A stretch of DNA of 64,000 bases from Pristiophorus japonicus. Lineage: Eukaryota. Positions 63,312-64,000 of this stretch are shown here, one piece after another; the stretch's first letter is position 1, and each line of letters starts with the position of its first letter. Position numbers and translations under genes: made by a program. Under the pieces are notes generated by a model. The model was not told where the DNA came from and did no database searches. It worked only from the letters and a program-made list of their open reading frames with translations. The stretch lies in the NCBI RefSeq assembly GCF_044704955.1, contig NC_091997.1, forward strand, positions 69,750,001 through 69,814,000. Direction: 5' to 3'.

Positions 63312-64000
63312 TCAGCTTGTTTGTAGCTAAGAGCGGAACATGTCCAAATTAGGCCTTGTTTTTTAAATCAAAGTGAGTCATTGTCATGTTGACTTCTACA
63401 CCTGGGACACATCTCGCACCTGGGCGTGTGATTTTTTTTTTGCTTTCAATCACAGCTGCCATCTTCTCTAGAAAAAATATTCCCTCAGATTATTAATCTT
63501 TACTCAAAATAAAAACTGATGTTACTTATGAGCTTTGTACATTGGACGGAGACGTTAGCTCACTGGTGAAAAAGAAAGTACATGAGGGGGTTTCTCCAGT
63601 GCAGAATACAAGACTGGCTAGCTCTTTCACAGAGCCCAGACCGGTGTGAATGACCTTCTCTGTGCAGTATCGTTTATGAAGACACCTGCGGATAGAAATT
63701 CTCGGGCAGAATTACATGACGTAGAATATACAGCACAGAAACAGGTTTTTGGTCCGTGCCGGTGTTTATGCTCCACACGAGCCTCCTCCCACCCCTCTTC
63801 ATCTTACCCTATTAGCATATCCTTCTATCACTTTCTTCCTCGTGTGTTCACCTAGTTTCCCCCTAAATGCATCTAGGCTTTTCGCCCCCGACTGCTCCTT
63901 GTGGTAGCAAGTTCCACGTTCTTGCCACTCTCTGGGTAAAGAAGTTAGCCACTATAGAAACATAGAAAATAGGTGCAGGAGTAGGCCATTCGGCCCTTCG

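Noticed and set aside
1-64000. CRISPR array or prokaryotic defence system
   Set aside because: Spliced vertebrate genes throughout; the tandem repeats have no unique spacers and no cas-like ORFs are present.

Overview
Vertebrate genomic DNA. The CR1/L2/RTE/Penelope/Deu-type SINE repertoire points to a cartilaginous fish (shark); the species cannot be fixed from sequence alone. Three genes are present: (1) the 5' part of SCAMP2 on the minus strand (coding exons 1-2); (2) a complete 8-exon mannose-6-phosphate isomerase gene (MPI, 420 aa) on the plus strand, head-to-head with SCAMP2; (3) a CpG-island first exon near 61.5 kb, probably a FAM219-family gene. The rest is mostly decayed transposons (CR1, L2, RTE and Tx1 LINEs, tRNA/Deu SINEs, solo LTRs, MITEs, Penelope remnants), a >7 kb C-rich tandem array with a 200-N gap in MPI intron 1, and two minisatellites. 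Most interesting: Penelope-derived mini-elements carrying minimal hammerhead-ribozyme motifs, some in inverted pairs; a perfect 84-bp palindrome at an RTE 5' junction; an isolated 91-nt hairpin; a ~115-bp duplication around a CR1 insertion in the SCAMP2 promoter; a SINE tail supplying the MPI exon 2 acceptor tract; stacked ATGA uORFs; and a CaaX-like MPI C-terminus. Repeat boundaries are approximate. All homology calls are from recognition, not database searches.
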